Shown: piece after piece, positions 47,963 through 54,831 of the stretch
How the letters are laid out: every line of letters begins with the position of its first letter
Numbering within the stretch: the first letter of the stretch is position 1
IMG/VR virus record: IMGVR_UViG_3300043394_000753
Location: 1 to 54,831 of that record
Strand: one strand, 5' to 3'
DNA: 54,831 nt
Source: a virus
Lineage: Duplodnaviria; Caudoviricetes
Notes under the pieces: model-generated
Seen by the model: the letters and a program-made list of their open reading frames with translations, nothing else
Database searches by the model: none
Told to the model about the DNA's origin: nothing
Program-made: the position numbers and the translations under genes

Positions 47963-48301
47963 TTAATATTCAGAACCGTTAGAACCTTTGATTGGCCTTT
48001 TATCTTGAATATTTTTTAAAGATTCTTTTTCTTTTTTATTTTCTGTATTTACAGTAGTAAGACCCCATTGTAAAATAAACCAACTTGCCTCTCTTTCAGC
48101 ATCTGCTTTAGATACCTTTAAAACATCTTGTATTCTTAAAACACAGTGCTTTATAAAATCTTCTTCTTTTTCATTTGTTGTGCTGTATTGCATATACCAA
48201 GATGGATTTTCCTTTACATCTTCGTATTTTACGCCATGATCCTTCAATTGATAATTAATTAATTCAATAAAAAGATCTCTTTGTTTTTCTCGCTTTGTCA
48301 T
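47963..48301 (-). CDS. hypothetical protein
   Basis: 112-aa ORF (WFILQWGL). Confidence 0.7.
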   Translation of the reverse strand: MTKREKQRDLFIELINYQLKDHGVKYEDVKENPSWYMQYSTTNEKEEDFIKHCVLRIQDVLKVSKADAEREASWFILQWGLTTVNTENKKEKESLKNIQDKRPIKGSNGSEY

Positions 48302-48495
48302 AGTGAAATTAGTGTTGTAAATGTATTATTATCGTTTAGTCTAATAAAATCATCATATGATATATCAACTAAATATGAATTTTCAAAATATGTTGGGGCT
48401 ATTGAAATTTGATATTCACCTGCTTCTATTTTTTCTGCTAATATCTTATTAAGATATTCTAACTCCTCAACATGTACGTAAAAATGTATTCTCAT
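48298..48495 (-). CDS. hypothetical protein
   Basis: 65-aa ORF downstream of clpP. Confidence 0.6.
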   Translation of the reverse strand: MRIHFYVHVEELEYLNKILAEKIEAGEYQISIAPTYFENSYLVDISYDDFIRLNDNNTFTTLISL

Positions 48496-48504
48496 ATTAT
48501 GTTA

Positions 48505-49191
48505 TTATCTTTTTGAATTAATTACTTCATCAATAATTCCATATTTTTTTGCTTCTTCTGCATTTAACCAAAAATCACGTGTAGCATCTTTCATTACTTG
48601 TTCTGGTTTTTTACCACAGTATTCTCCCAGTAAAGTAAATAATTCTTTATTTATTTTTTGCCATTCTGCCCAGTCGATTTCAGCGTCTTGAATGTTTCCA
48701 CTAAATCCTCCTGAAGATTGATGCAACATGGTGGTAGAGTGTCTTAAAGAACTTCTCTTGCCCTTTGTTCCAGCTCCTAATAATACAGATCCCATAGAGG
48801 CTGCCATTCCCGTGTTAACCGTACGTATATCAGATGTAATATATTCCATAACGTCTACCATTGAAAGTCCAGATTTAACACTTCCGCCGCCTGAATCAAT
48901 ATGCATAGTAATATCTCGACTATCGTTGGAATCTAAAAACATCAATTGAGCCTGTACTATAGTTGACATATTGTCGTTAACTTCGCCAGCAACCCATAAT
49001 AATCTATCCATCATTAATCTTGAAAAAATATCCATCTGTGTTGCTCTTAATTCCCTCTCCTCTAAGATATATGGAGTCATTGAGCTTTCTATTTGTTTTT
49101 GATAATAATGCATGTTCATCGAGCTAACATTATGGTCACTCATTGCATATCTTTGAAATTCTTTTCCGTAATTCATATTATAGTTGTTCAA
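48505..49191 (-). CDS. clpP: ATP-dependent Clp protease proteolytic subunit
   Basis: DIFSRLMMDR, AASMG (catalytic Ser), MLHQ (His) and RDFW (Asp); the NYGKEF..TPYILEER leader is Bacteroidota-like. Confidence 0.95.
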   Translation of the reverse strand: MNNYNMNYGKEFQRYAMSDHNVSSMNMHYYQKQIESSMTPYILEERELRATQMDIFSRLMMDRLLWVAGEVNDNMSTIVQAQLMFLDSNDSRDITMHIDSGGGSVKSGLSMVDVMEYITSDIRTVNTGMAASMGSVLLGAGTKGKRSSLRHSTTMLHQSSGGFSGNIQDAEIDWAEWQKINKELFTLLGEYCGKKPEQVMKDATRDFWLNAEEAKKYGIIDEVINSKR

Positions 49192-49468
49192 TTATGTTTT
49201 TAATTTTTGTGCACATTTCATAATTCTCATTTTCAATGTAGAATTCTAAACTTTTTTGTATTGATTGTTTATATGCATTTTGTGGAAGATCTGCTGTCAT
49301 TACAGTTCCATCTGGTGTTATTAACAAGCATAACTTTGTTTCGTTAGTTTCCCCGCTTAAGTTTCTTTGAATTAATTCAATAATTCTTTCATGAAATTGT
49401 TCGGTATCATACACGTTTCCTGTTTCTTCTATGTAGAATTCCGGTATTTCGTTCATATATTTTATCAT
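49178..49468 (-). CDS. small protein with C-terminal UVR-like motif, overlapping the clpP start
   Basis: FYIENENYEMCTKIKNIIE. Confidence 0.7.
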   Translation of the reverse strand: MIKYMNEIPEFYIEETGNVYDTEQFHERIIELIQRNLSGETNETKLCLLITPDGTVMTADLPQNAYKQSIQKSLEFYIENENYEMCTKIKNIIEQL

Positions 49469-49471
49469 ATT

Positions 49472-50320
49472 CTATTTTATATTAAGGTATTCACATAATA
49501 TATTATTATAATAATCTCTATCGGCATTTAATTCAATACCTTTATTAATATTATTTATCATATTAATACCATAATCAGCTATTATCATATTACCTTCTTC
49601 AATATTAAAAATAGGTTGAGTTAATCTCATCGTAGATACCGGTTTATTAAGACCTTCATGTACTATTTTTTCAGCAAGTTCATAATGTCTTTCGTAAAAA
49701 TGAATGTTGTCTGCAAAATGGTAATATGTTCCCAATTCTAATTCGGGATATGTTGACTTGAGCCAAAGATAAACATGTTGATGTACAAATGCAAAAAATG
49801 GCGCGTCAAATGTAAGACCATAAAAAATGTCATTGGAACGCATTTGTACTTTCATATCTAATTTATTTTCTCTAATTGAAAAGTTAAGATACATTGTACA
49901 TACAAAATCTTTATTACCCTTAAATTGATATTTAGGTTGATTTAAAAAAGCAATTGCTTGTCTTGTATTTTTATCGTTTTTAAGAGAAGTAACAACCCAA
50001 TCCAATTGTTCTCCAAAAAGAAGAGAACCATAATTTGAATTTATTTCATTTGTATTTGGATTTGTTATATTTTTCCAAAATCCTGAAAATTGATTAATGT
50101 AATCTACGTTAGTATCTTTGTTTAAATACCAAACTAATTCTCCTGCAAAGTATTTCCAGTTGAATTCTCTATTTTCAAAATTTGCAAATGGCTGAGTAGG
50201 ATCTACGGCGTATCCATTGTACATCAATTCAGTAACTTCAAGGTCTCTTGGTTTAGAGACCTTTCCGTTTATTTTTATATCTGATATGATATTTTGAAAA
50301 ACCTTTGAAAAGTTATTCAT
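49472..50320 (-). CDS. thymidylate synthase-family enzyme, T4 gp42-like dCMP hydroxymethylase type
   Basis: EINSNYG, DFVCT (catalytic Cys), MRSNDIFYGLTFD (Asp at the specificity position) and HFYERH motifs. Confidence 0.8.
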   Translation of the reverse strand: MNNFSKVFQNIISDIKINGKVSKPRDLEVTELMYNGYAVDPTQPFANFENREFNWKYFAGELVWYLNKDTNVDYINQFSGFWKNITNPNTNEINSNYGSLLFGEQLDWVVTSLKNDKNTRQAIAFLNQPKYQFKGNKDFVCTMYLNFSIRENKLDMKVQMRSNDIFYGLTFDAPFFAFVHQHVYLWLKSTYPELELGTYYHFADNIHFYERHYELAEKIVHEGLNKPVSTMRLTQPIFNIEEGNMIIADYGINMINNINKGIELNADRDYYNNILCEYLNIK

Positions 50321-50354
50321 ATATTATATTATTAAGTTAATAAGTTATTTTAAT

Positions 50355-50381
50355 ATTATACTATTATTTAATGGAAAGTTT
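50355..50381 (-). promoter_or_regulatory. AAAC-N17-TATAAT promoter-like motif upstream of the TS-family gene
   Basis: Minus strand AAAC-TTTCCATTAAATAATAG-TATAAT. Confidence 0.65.
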
Positions 50382-52334
50382 CTCATCACCCTTTTTATGA
50401 GAAATAGTATAAACCTTAGGTCCTTTAACAATAGTTCCTAAAATTATCGAGTCGGCTAATAAATCCTCAACATATGTCTGAACTGCACGTTTTAATGGTC
50501 TTGCACCATATTGTGCATCATATCCTTTTTCTGCAAGAAATATCATTGCCTGCTTTGTTAATTTAATGGTATAATCTTGTGCAGACATTCTTTCAACAAC
50601 CTTTTTGATTTCAATTTCTGCAATTTCTATAACATGTTCTTCATTTAATCCATCAAATAAAACAATTTCATCTAATCTATTTAAAAACTCAGGTGCAAAT
50701 TTATTTTTAAGTTCCTTTCTAATAACTGTCTCCATTTCTATTTTGTGAGACGTAATAGACGTTGAACTACTGAAACCAATTCCAGCTCCAAACTCTGCAA
50801 CTCTTTTTGCACCAACATTACTTGTCATAATAATAATGGTATTTGTGAAATCAACAGTTCTTCCTAAACTATCCGTTAATCTTCCCTCATCTAATACTTG
50901 TAAAAGTGTATTAAAAATATCCGGGTGTGCTTTTTCTACCTCATCGAATAATACAACTGAATATGGTTTTCTGCGAACTTGTTCAGTTAATTGACCACCT
51001 TCCTCATGTCCAACATATCCAGGAGGAGAACCAATAAGTCTACTCACATTGAATTTTTCTTGGTATTCAGACATATCGATTCTAATTAATGCGTCTTCAC
51101 TTCCAAAATAATATTCAGTTAGTGCTTTAACTGTTTCTGTTTTACCAACACCAGTCGGTCCGATAAACATAAATGAGCCAATTGGTTTTTTAGATGAACT
51201 AACACCTGTTCTGCTTCGTTTGATAACTCGACAAAGTCCTTCAACTGCGCTATCTTGGCCTATAATCATAGACTTAAGTTCTTTTTCCATTTGAACAATA
51301 ATTCTATTCTCATCATCAGTCATTCTTGCGATTGGAATTCCGGTAGCTTGCGATATTGTCTCCGCAATATCTTCGTATGTTACCTGCTTTTTATTAGATC
51401 TAAGAGTCTCCTCCCATTCTTTTGTTGTTTTTATTATATCTTTCTTTTTAGCCAGTTCTAAATCTCTAAACTTACCCGCTTTCTCGTAATCCTGTTGTTC
51501 AACTGCCACCATTTTTTGAGCTTTAAATACTTCAGCCTCTTTTTCAAGTTCCTTAATGTTTTCTGGCATTTTAACCTCCTTCAAATGTACTTTAGCTCCG
51601 GCTTCATCCATTATATCGATAGCTTTGTCTGGTAATTCTCTTTGTGTGATATATCTGTCAGATAATGTTACACATGCTGCAATAGCCTCATCACTATATG
51701 AAACCGAATGGTAATCTTCGTAGTTTGGTTTAATTCTTGTAAGAATTTCAATTGCATCTTCAATTTTAGGCGGATCAATAAAGATTTCTTGGAATCTTCG
51801 AGTAAGAGCTCCATCTTTTTCAATGTTTTCTCTATATTCATCAAGGGTAGTTGCACCAATACACTGTACCTGTCCTCTTGCCAATGCTGGTTTTAATATA
51901 TTACTTGCATCTAAAGAACCGCTTACTCCACCTGCGCCTACTATTGTGTGAATCTCATCAATAAAGACAATTACATCTTTATTTTCTTTTAATTCATCTA
52001 CAATATTTTTCATGCGTTCTTCAAATTCACCACGGTATTTTGTTCCCGCAACAATATTTGAAATGTTTAATGAAATTATCTTTTTATTAAGAAGAGTCAT
52101 TGCAACCTGTTTATTCACAATGCGTTGTGCAATTGCTTCAACAAGCGCAGTTTTACCAACTCCAGGATCTCCTAATATAATTGGATTGTTTTTCTTTCTT
52201 CTTGAAAGAATCTGGCAAATTCTATATACTTCCTTTTCTCTACCGATGATAGGGTCAAGTTTTCCTTCAATCGCCATTTGGGTTAAATCTTCTCCGTATA
52301 AGTCGATAAACGGTGTGCTAGTTTTCTTTGACAT
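50364..52334 (-). CDS. clpC: ClpC-type AAA+ unfoldase lacking the N-terminal Clp-repeat domain
   Basis: GDPGVGKT and FIDEIH (D1), [11 protein letters not shown] (UVR M-domain), GPTGVGKT and FDEVEK (D2), IGF ClpP-docking loop; begins directly at the pre-D1 linker. Confidence 0.9.
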   Translation of the reverse strand: MSKKTSTPFIDLYGEDLTQMAIEGKLDPIIGREKEVYRICQILSRRKKNNPIILGDPGVGKTALVEAIAQRIVNKQVAMTLLNKKIISLNISNIVAGTKYRGEFEERMKNIVDELKENKDVIVFIDEIHTIVGAGGVSGSLDASNILKPALARGQVQCIGATTLDEYRENIEKDGALTRRFQEIFIDPPKIEDAIEILTRIKPNYEDYHSVSYSDEAIAACVTLSDRYITQRELPDKAIDIMDEAGAKVHLKEVKMPENIKELEKEAEVFKAQKMVAVEQQDYEKAGKFRDLELAKKKDIIKTTKEWEETLRSNKKQVTYEDIAETISQATGIPIARMTDDENRIIVQMEKELKSMIIGQDSAVEGLCRVIKRSRTGVSSSKKPIGSFMFIGPTGVGKTETVKALTEYYFGSEDALIRIDMSEYQEKFNVSRLIGSPPGYVGHEEGGQLTEQVRRKPYSVVLFDEVEKAHPDIFNTLLQVLDEGRLTDSLGRTVDFTNTIIIMTSNVGAKRVAEFGAGIGFSSSTSITSHKIEMETVIRKELKNKFAPEFLNRLDEIVLFDGLNEEHVIEIAEIEIKKVVERMSAQDYTIKLTKQAMIFLAEKGYDAQYGARPLKRAVQTYVEDLLADSIILGTIVKGPKVYTISHKKGDEKLSIK

Positions 52335-52407
52335 ATTTAAATTTAATTTATAATATTTGTATGTGAAAAAATGATTTTGTTTCTTCTATATTATATTTAT
52401 TTAAATT

Positions 52408-52440
52408 AAAAAAGGCTGCCCAATTAAGGACAACCTTTTT
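52408..52440 (-). terminator. intrinsic terminator
   Basis: GGUUGUCC-UUAAUU-GGGCAGCC-UUUUUU on the minus strand. Confidence 0.75.
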
Positions 52441-52492
52441 AATTCGTTCTATTGTAAATAAAAACCTATGTTATATTATATATCAGTAATTT

Positions 52493-52699
52493 TTACGACT
52501 TTAATCGTGTAAGAGATCTTTGTACGCAATCTGAACATAGAACTGTTGTGGTTTTTTCACCAACCTCCATCCAATTCTCACAAGAACCACTTTCCGGAGC
52601 ATAATCTCCCCATTTACTTTCTGATGGATTTGAATTTGAGCAAATCATCAACCTTGCCTTAGTTCCGTTTTTTCGTGTAATCTCCTTTGTTTTCGACAT
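52493..52699 (-). CDS. small Cys-containing (zinc-ribbon-like) hypothetical protein
   Basis: 68 aa with four Cys including CSDC. Confidence 0.65.
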   Translation of the reverse strand: MSKTKEITRKNGTKARLMICSNSNPSESKWGDYAPESGSCENWMEVGEKTTTVLCSDCVQRSLTRLKS

Positions 52700-53723
52700 A
52701 ATTAAAATATTTGTAATTTATATTTGTATTCCTTTGATTTGTTTCAATTTTTCTTTGATTATTTTCTGGTAATTTATTCCGATTCTCATATTTCTTATTG
52801 GTGTGGGAAAATTTAATTTCCTGCCTTTAAAAAAATCATTTTTTTCACCAAAATAGGGGCCTAGGCCTAAATACCAAAATTTAGGAATATCCAGTATCAA
52901 GGGGTGATTCCCCATAATATTGAGGGTACCATCAGGGCCTCCGGAGAATATCAAAATCCCTGCAACACCACCACAATTTGCCACAATACTATGATACTTA
53001 TTATAAAAACCCATATTGCGGTGAAATTTATAGTCTATCTGAATATCATAGTAATACTGTCTATATTAATCAAATATCTTTTAGTACTTATATAGAATAA
53101 CAGATTTTATATTTTATTTAAATACTTTAAATCCCTACAACGACGACGCCCATTCTGAGCTAAGGTAGTGAATCACCATTTTGAGGGGTATTTTAAAATG
53201 TGTACTGTGAGACCCTGCAACCTCTGTCCTCTAGGTTTTACCCTTGGAAGCAAAGACTTTAGTTATATTGACAGTACTCCCGTTTGTTTCAGAATCTGTG
53301 AAACTTTTTTTAAAAAGATTACACATCCCTCTGAGGGCACTGGGGAATATCAATTCTTAGGGCAGTATCGGTTATAGTGTGTATTATAGTTCTTAGTGTT
53401 TCTCTAAGTCTCACCGCAACCCTTGCGCCAACCTAATTTCCCCGGGGAATATTTTTTGTCCAGGGTACTTTGTCGATTTAGGGTACGCCAGCTGCTTTGA
53501 ATCGGGTGGAGGTATATTCATATTCTTAGGGAATTTGAGTGTCTCAGAGGGCCGGCAGGCCTGCAGACTATGTAGCATGCATATTCTCTGGACTAGGATA
53601 ATTGGTCGGCCTAGGGGAAGTCGCAATGCTATATTACTAATATTAGTTAGTAGTTCTAATAGATGACCATGCCCTTCCATCTCTCAACCCTCAGAGCCCA
53701 TGTAATTTGGCCTTTCTATGAGG

Positions 53724-54386
53724 TTATCGCATGCGCGGCTTTGGCATGCTACGTACCTTCGGTGTAAAGCTCTTTGGGGTATTTGGCGCGCCGTAGCGAG
53801 GGCCCAGTTTTGTCGCAGGTCGATTCTGAGGTATAGAGCCAAGTAGGTCGGCAGATGGTTGGTTTGTATTTGGATGCGATATATTATCTGCAGTATAAGG
53901 GTTTGTTACAGGACGCGTAGGGCCTTCAGTTTCAGGGTAGGGTCTATTTATATCTGCCATCTGATCTTTAGGGTAGTCTGTTGCAACAGGGCCTGTTTGA
54001 GTTCTATCTGTATCTGTTAACCTACTGGCAGTCTGTCTGTCCAGTAGTCTTTCAGTAAATGTTTTATTCTTAGGTGTGGGTGTTGCTACAGTAGGGTCTA
54101 GTTCATTAGGATATTCTGCTGCTAGTGGTTTATTATATGTCGTATCTGATATACTGCCAGTTTTACCTAATTGGGCCTCAGGGGAGGTACCCTGGTTAGC
54201 CTTACTCTGTTCATTATTTACCATCTGAGAGGCCTGGTCCAGGTTGCCGCTGGAGGTATCTAAATGGGTTGACCCTGGGGTTGCATCTATACTTGTTGGT
54301 ATATCACTTAGATCGGTCTTATTATTTGTAGCGAGTTTTGCGGCATTTATCCTATCTGCCATTGAAAAATTTAATGGCCTATACAT
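53724..54386 (-). CDS. Pro/Thr-rich, probably disordered hypothetical protein
   Basis: 220-aa ORF coupled (TAATG) to the upstream 47-aa ORF. Confidence 0.6.
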   Translation of the reverse strand: MYRPLNFSMADRINAAKLATNNKTDLSDIPTSIDATPGSTHLDTSSGNLDQASQMVNNEQSKANQGTSPEAQLGKTGSISDTTYNKPLAAEYPNELDPTVATPTPKNKTFTERLLDRQTASRLTDTDRTQTGPVATDYPKDQMADINRPYPETEGPTRPVTNPYTADNISHPNTNQPSADLLGSIPQNRPATKLGPRYGAPNTPKSFTPKVRSMPKPRMR

Positions 54387-54529
54387 TATTTAGCTTCTTC
54401 TGATTTATCTAATTTATCCAATAACTGTTGTAGTCTTTGGATTTTTTTATAGTTATTAGGCTCTTCCTGTTTGCTTTTTAGGATTTGTTCCATAACCTCT
54501 CTGGATGTTAGTGTTGATGTTGCTGCCAT
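54386..54529 (-). CDS. hypothetical 47-aa protein (not in track)
   Basis: MAATSTLTSREVMEQILKSKQEEPNNYKKIQRLQQLLDKLDKSEEAK; late-type motif at 54557-54566. Confidence 0.55.
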   Translation of the reverse strand: MAATSTLTSREVMEQILKSKQEEPNNYKKIQRLQQLLDKLDKSEEAK

Positions 54530-54580
54530 AGTTAAATGTTTTATTGTTTATAATAACTTATATATTTAGAAGCACTTGGA

Positions 54581-54831
54581 TTAAACGAGTTCGGCAACAT
54601 TATTAGCTACATATGCCCTATCGGCCCAGGTCTTTGCATTAACTACGTTATATTGGTCTTGGTTGTATAGGTTAGTATTATAGAATAATTGATTGATAGT
54701 TCCTACTGTTAAATTGGCCAGGATTGCTTCATCTATTAGGGCAACTTTGTTTCCTTTACGGGCAAATACTGTTAAGTAATAGTTTCCACCTTCTGGGCAG
54801 AATTCAACGGTTTGTAATGCACCTTTCTTAA
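54581..54831 (-). CDS. hypothetical protein, 3' part (enters from the window edge)
   Basis: Open frame ...KKGALQTVEFCPEGGNYYLTVFARKG...ELV* with stop at 54581-54583. Confidence 0.55.
   Translation of the reverse strand, partial: KKGALQTVEFCPEGGNYYLTVFARKGNKVALIDEAILANLTVGTINQLFYNTNLYNQDQYNVVNAKTWADRAYVANNVAELV

Noticed and set aside
49472-50320. Canonical thyA call
   Set aside because: It has Asp instead of Asn at the specificity position and gp42-like motifs.
504-52353. Other short plus-strand ORFs in the track (504, 4264, 12212, 16901, 26818, 52012 and similar)
   Set aside because: They overlap well-supported minus-strand genes and show no recognisable motifs or upstream signals.
52718-53680. 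ORFs at 52718-53014, 52904-53095, 53168-53377 and 53411-53680
   Set aside because: Atypical composition, mutual overlaps and no motifs; treated as probably non-coding but not excluded.
52700-53723. tRNA or tmRNA in the intergenic gap
   Set aside because: I could not find a cloverleaf or T-loop consensus by eye; tRNAscan-SE or ARAGORN would be decisive.
54386-54529. 47-aa ORF as a fifth UVR-motif protein (NNYKKIQRLQQLL)
   Set aside because: It lacks the YE and Cys/Ala core, so the similarity is too weak.
1-54831. Stop-codon reassignment as in some Bacteroidota megaphages
   Set aside because: Standard-code ORFs already tile the window, and TAG and TGA end genes at sensible boundaries (e.g. 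TAG at 16507, 33856 and 47201).
1-54831. Bacterial chromosome or eukaryotic giant virus origin suggested by rpsA, clpC, clpP, rnhB, dnaJ, collagen and the DUF5824-like gene
   Set aside because: These genes are interleaved with T4-like neck and baseplate genes and many small ORFans on one strand, and the bacterial-type ribosomal proteins and terminators indicate a phage.

Overview
AT-rich, gene-dense segment, almost all on the minus strand, of a very large (jumbo/huge) tailed phage with a T4-like contractile tail. The host is probably a Bacteroidota (Flavobacteriia-like) bacterium, inferred from Bacteroidota-type bS1, bS21 and ClpP sequences and from AT-rich starts mostly lacking Shine-Dalgarno motifs. 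1-24.2 kb is a virion/baseplate module (gp6-, gp25-, gp13-, gp5-, gp27-, gp53- and gp48-like genes) interrupted by an amidoligase and a four-domain ribosomal protein bS1. 24.2-35 kb holds small hypothetical genes plus dCMP deaminase, UvsE, RNase HII, DnaJ, an exonuclease and a 59-aa ribosomal protein bS21 missed by the ORF track. 35-47 kb is a fibre island: a collagen-like fibre with an S74 chaperone and a coiled-coil repeat fibre, interleaved with glycosyltransferases and a 2OG-Fe(II) oxygenase. 48-52 kb encodes ClpP, a T4 gp42-like dCMP hydroxymethylase-type enzyme and a ClpC lacking its N-domain. The main candidate new system is the N-domain-less ClpC/ClpP together with four small proteins whose C-terminal UVR-like motif mimics the ClpC M-domain (putative adaptors). 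Also visible are three candidate promoter classes, hairpins that occlude start regions and enclose promoters, a tandem-hairpin leader and a candidate sRNA. All family assignments are from motif recognition by eye, not database searches.
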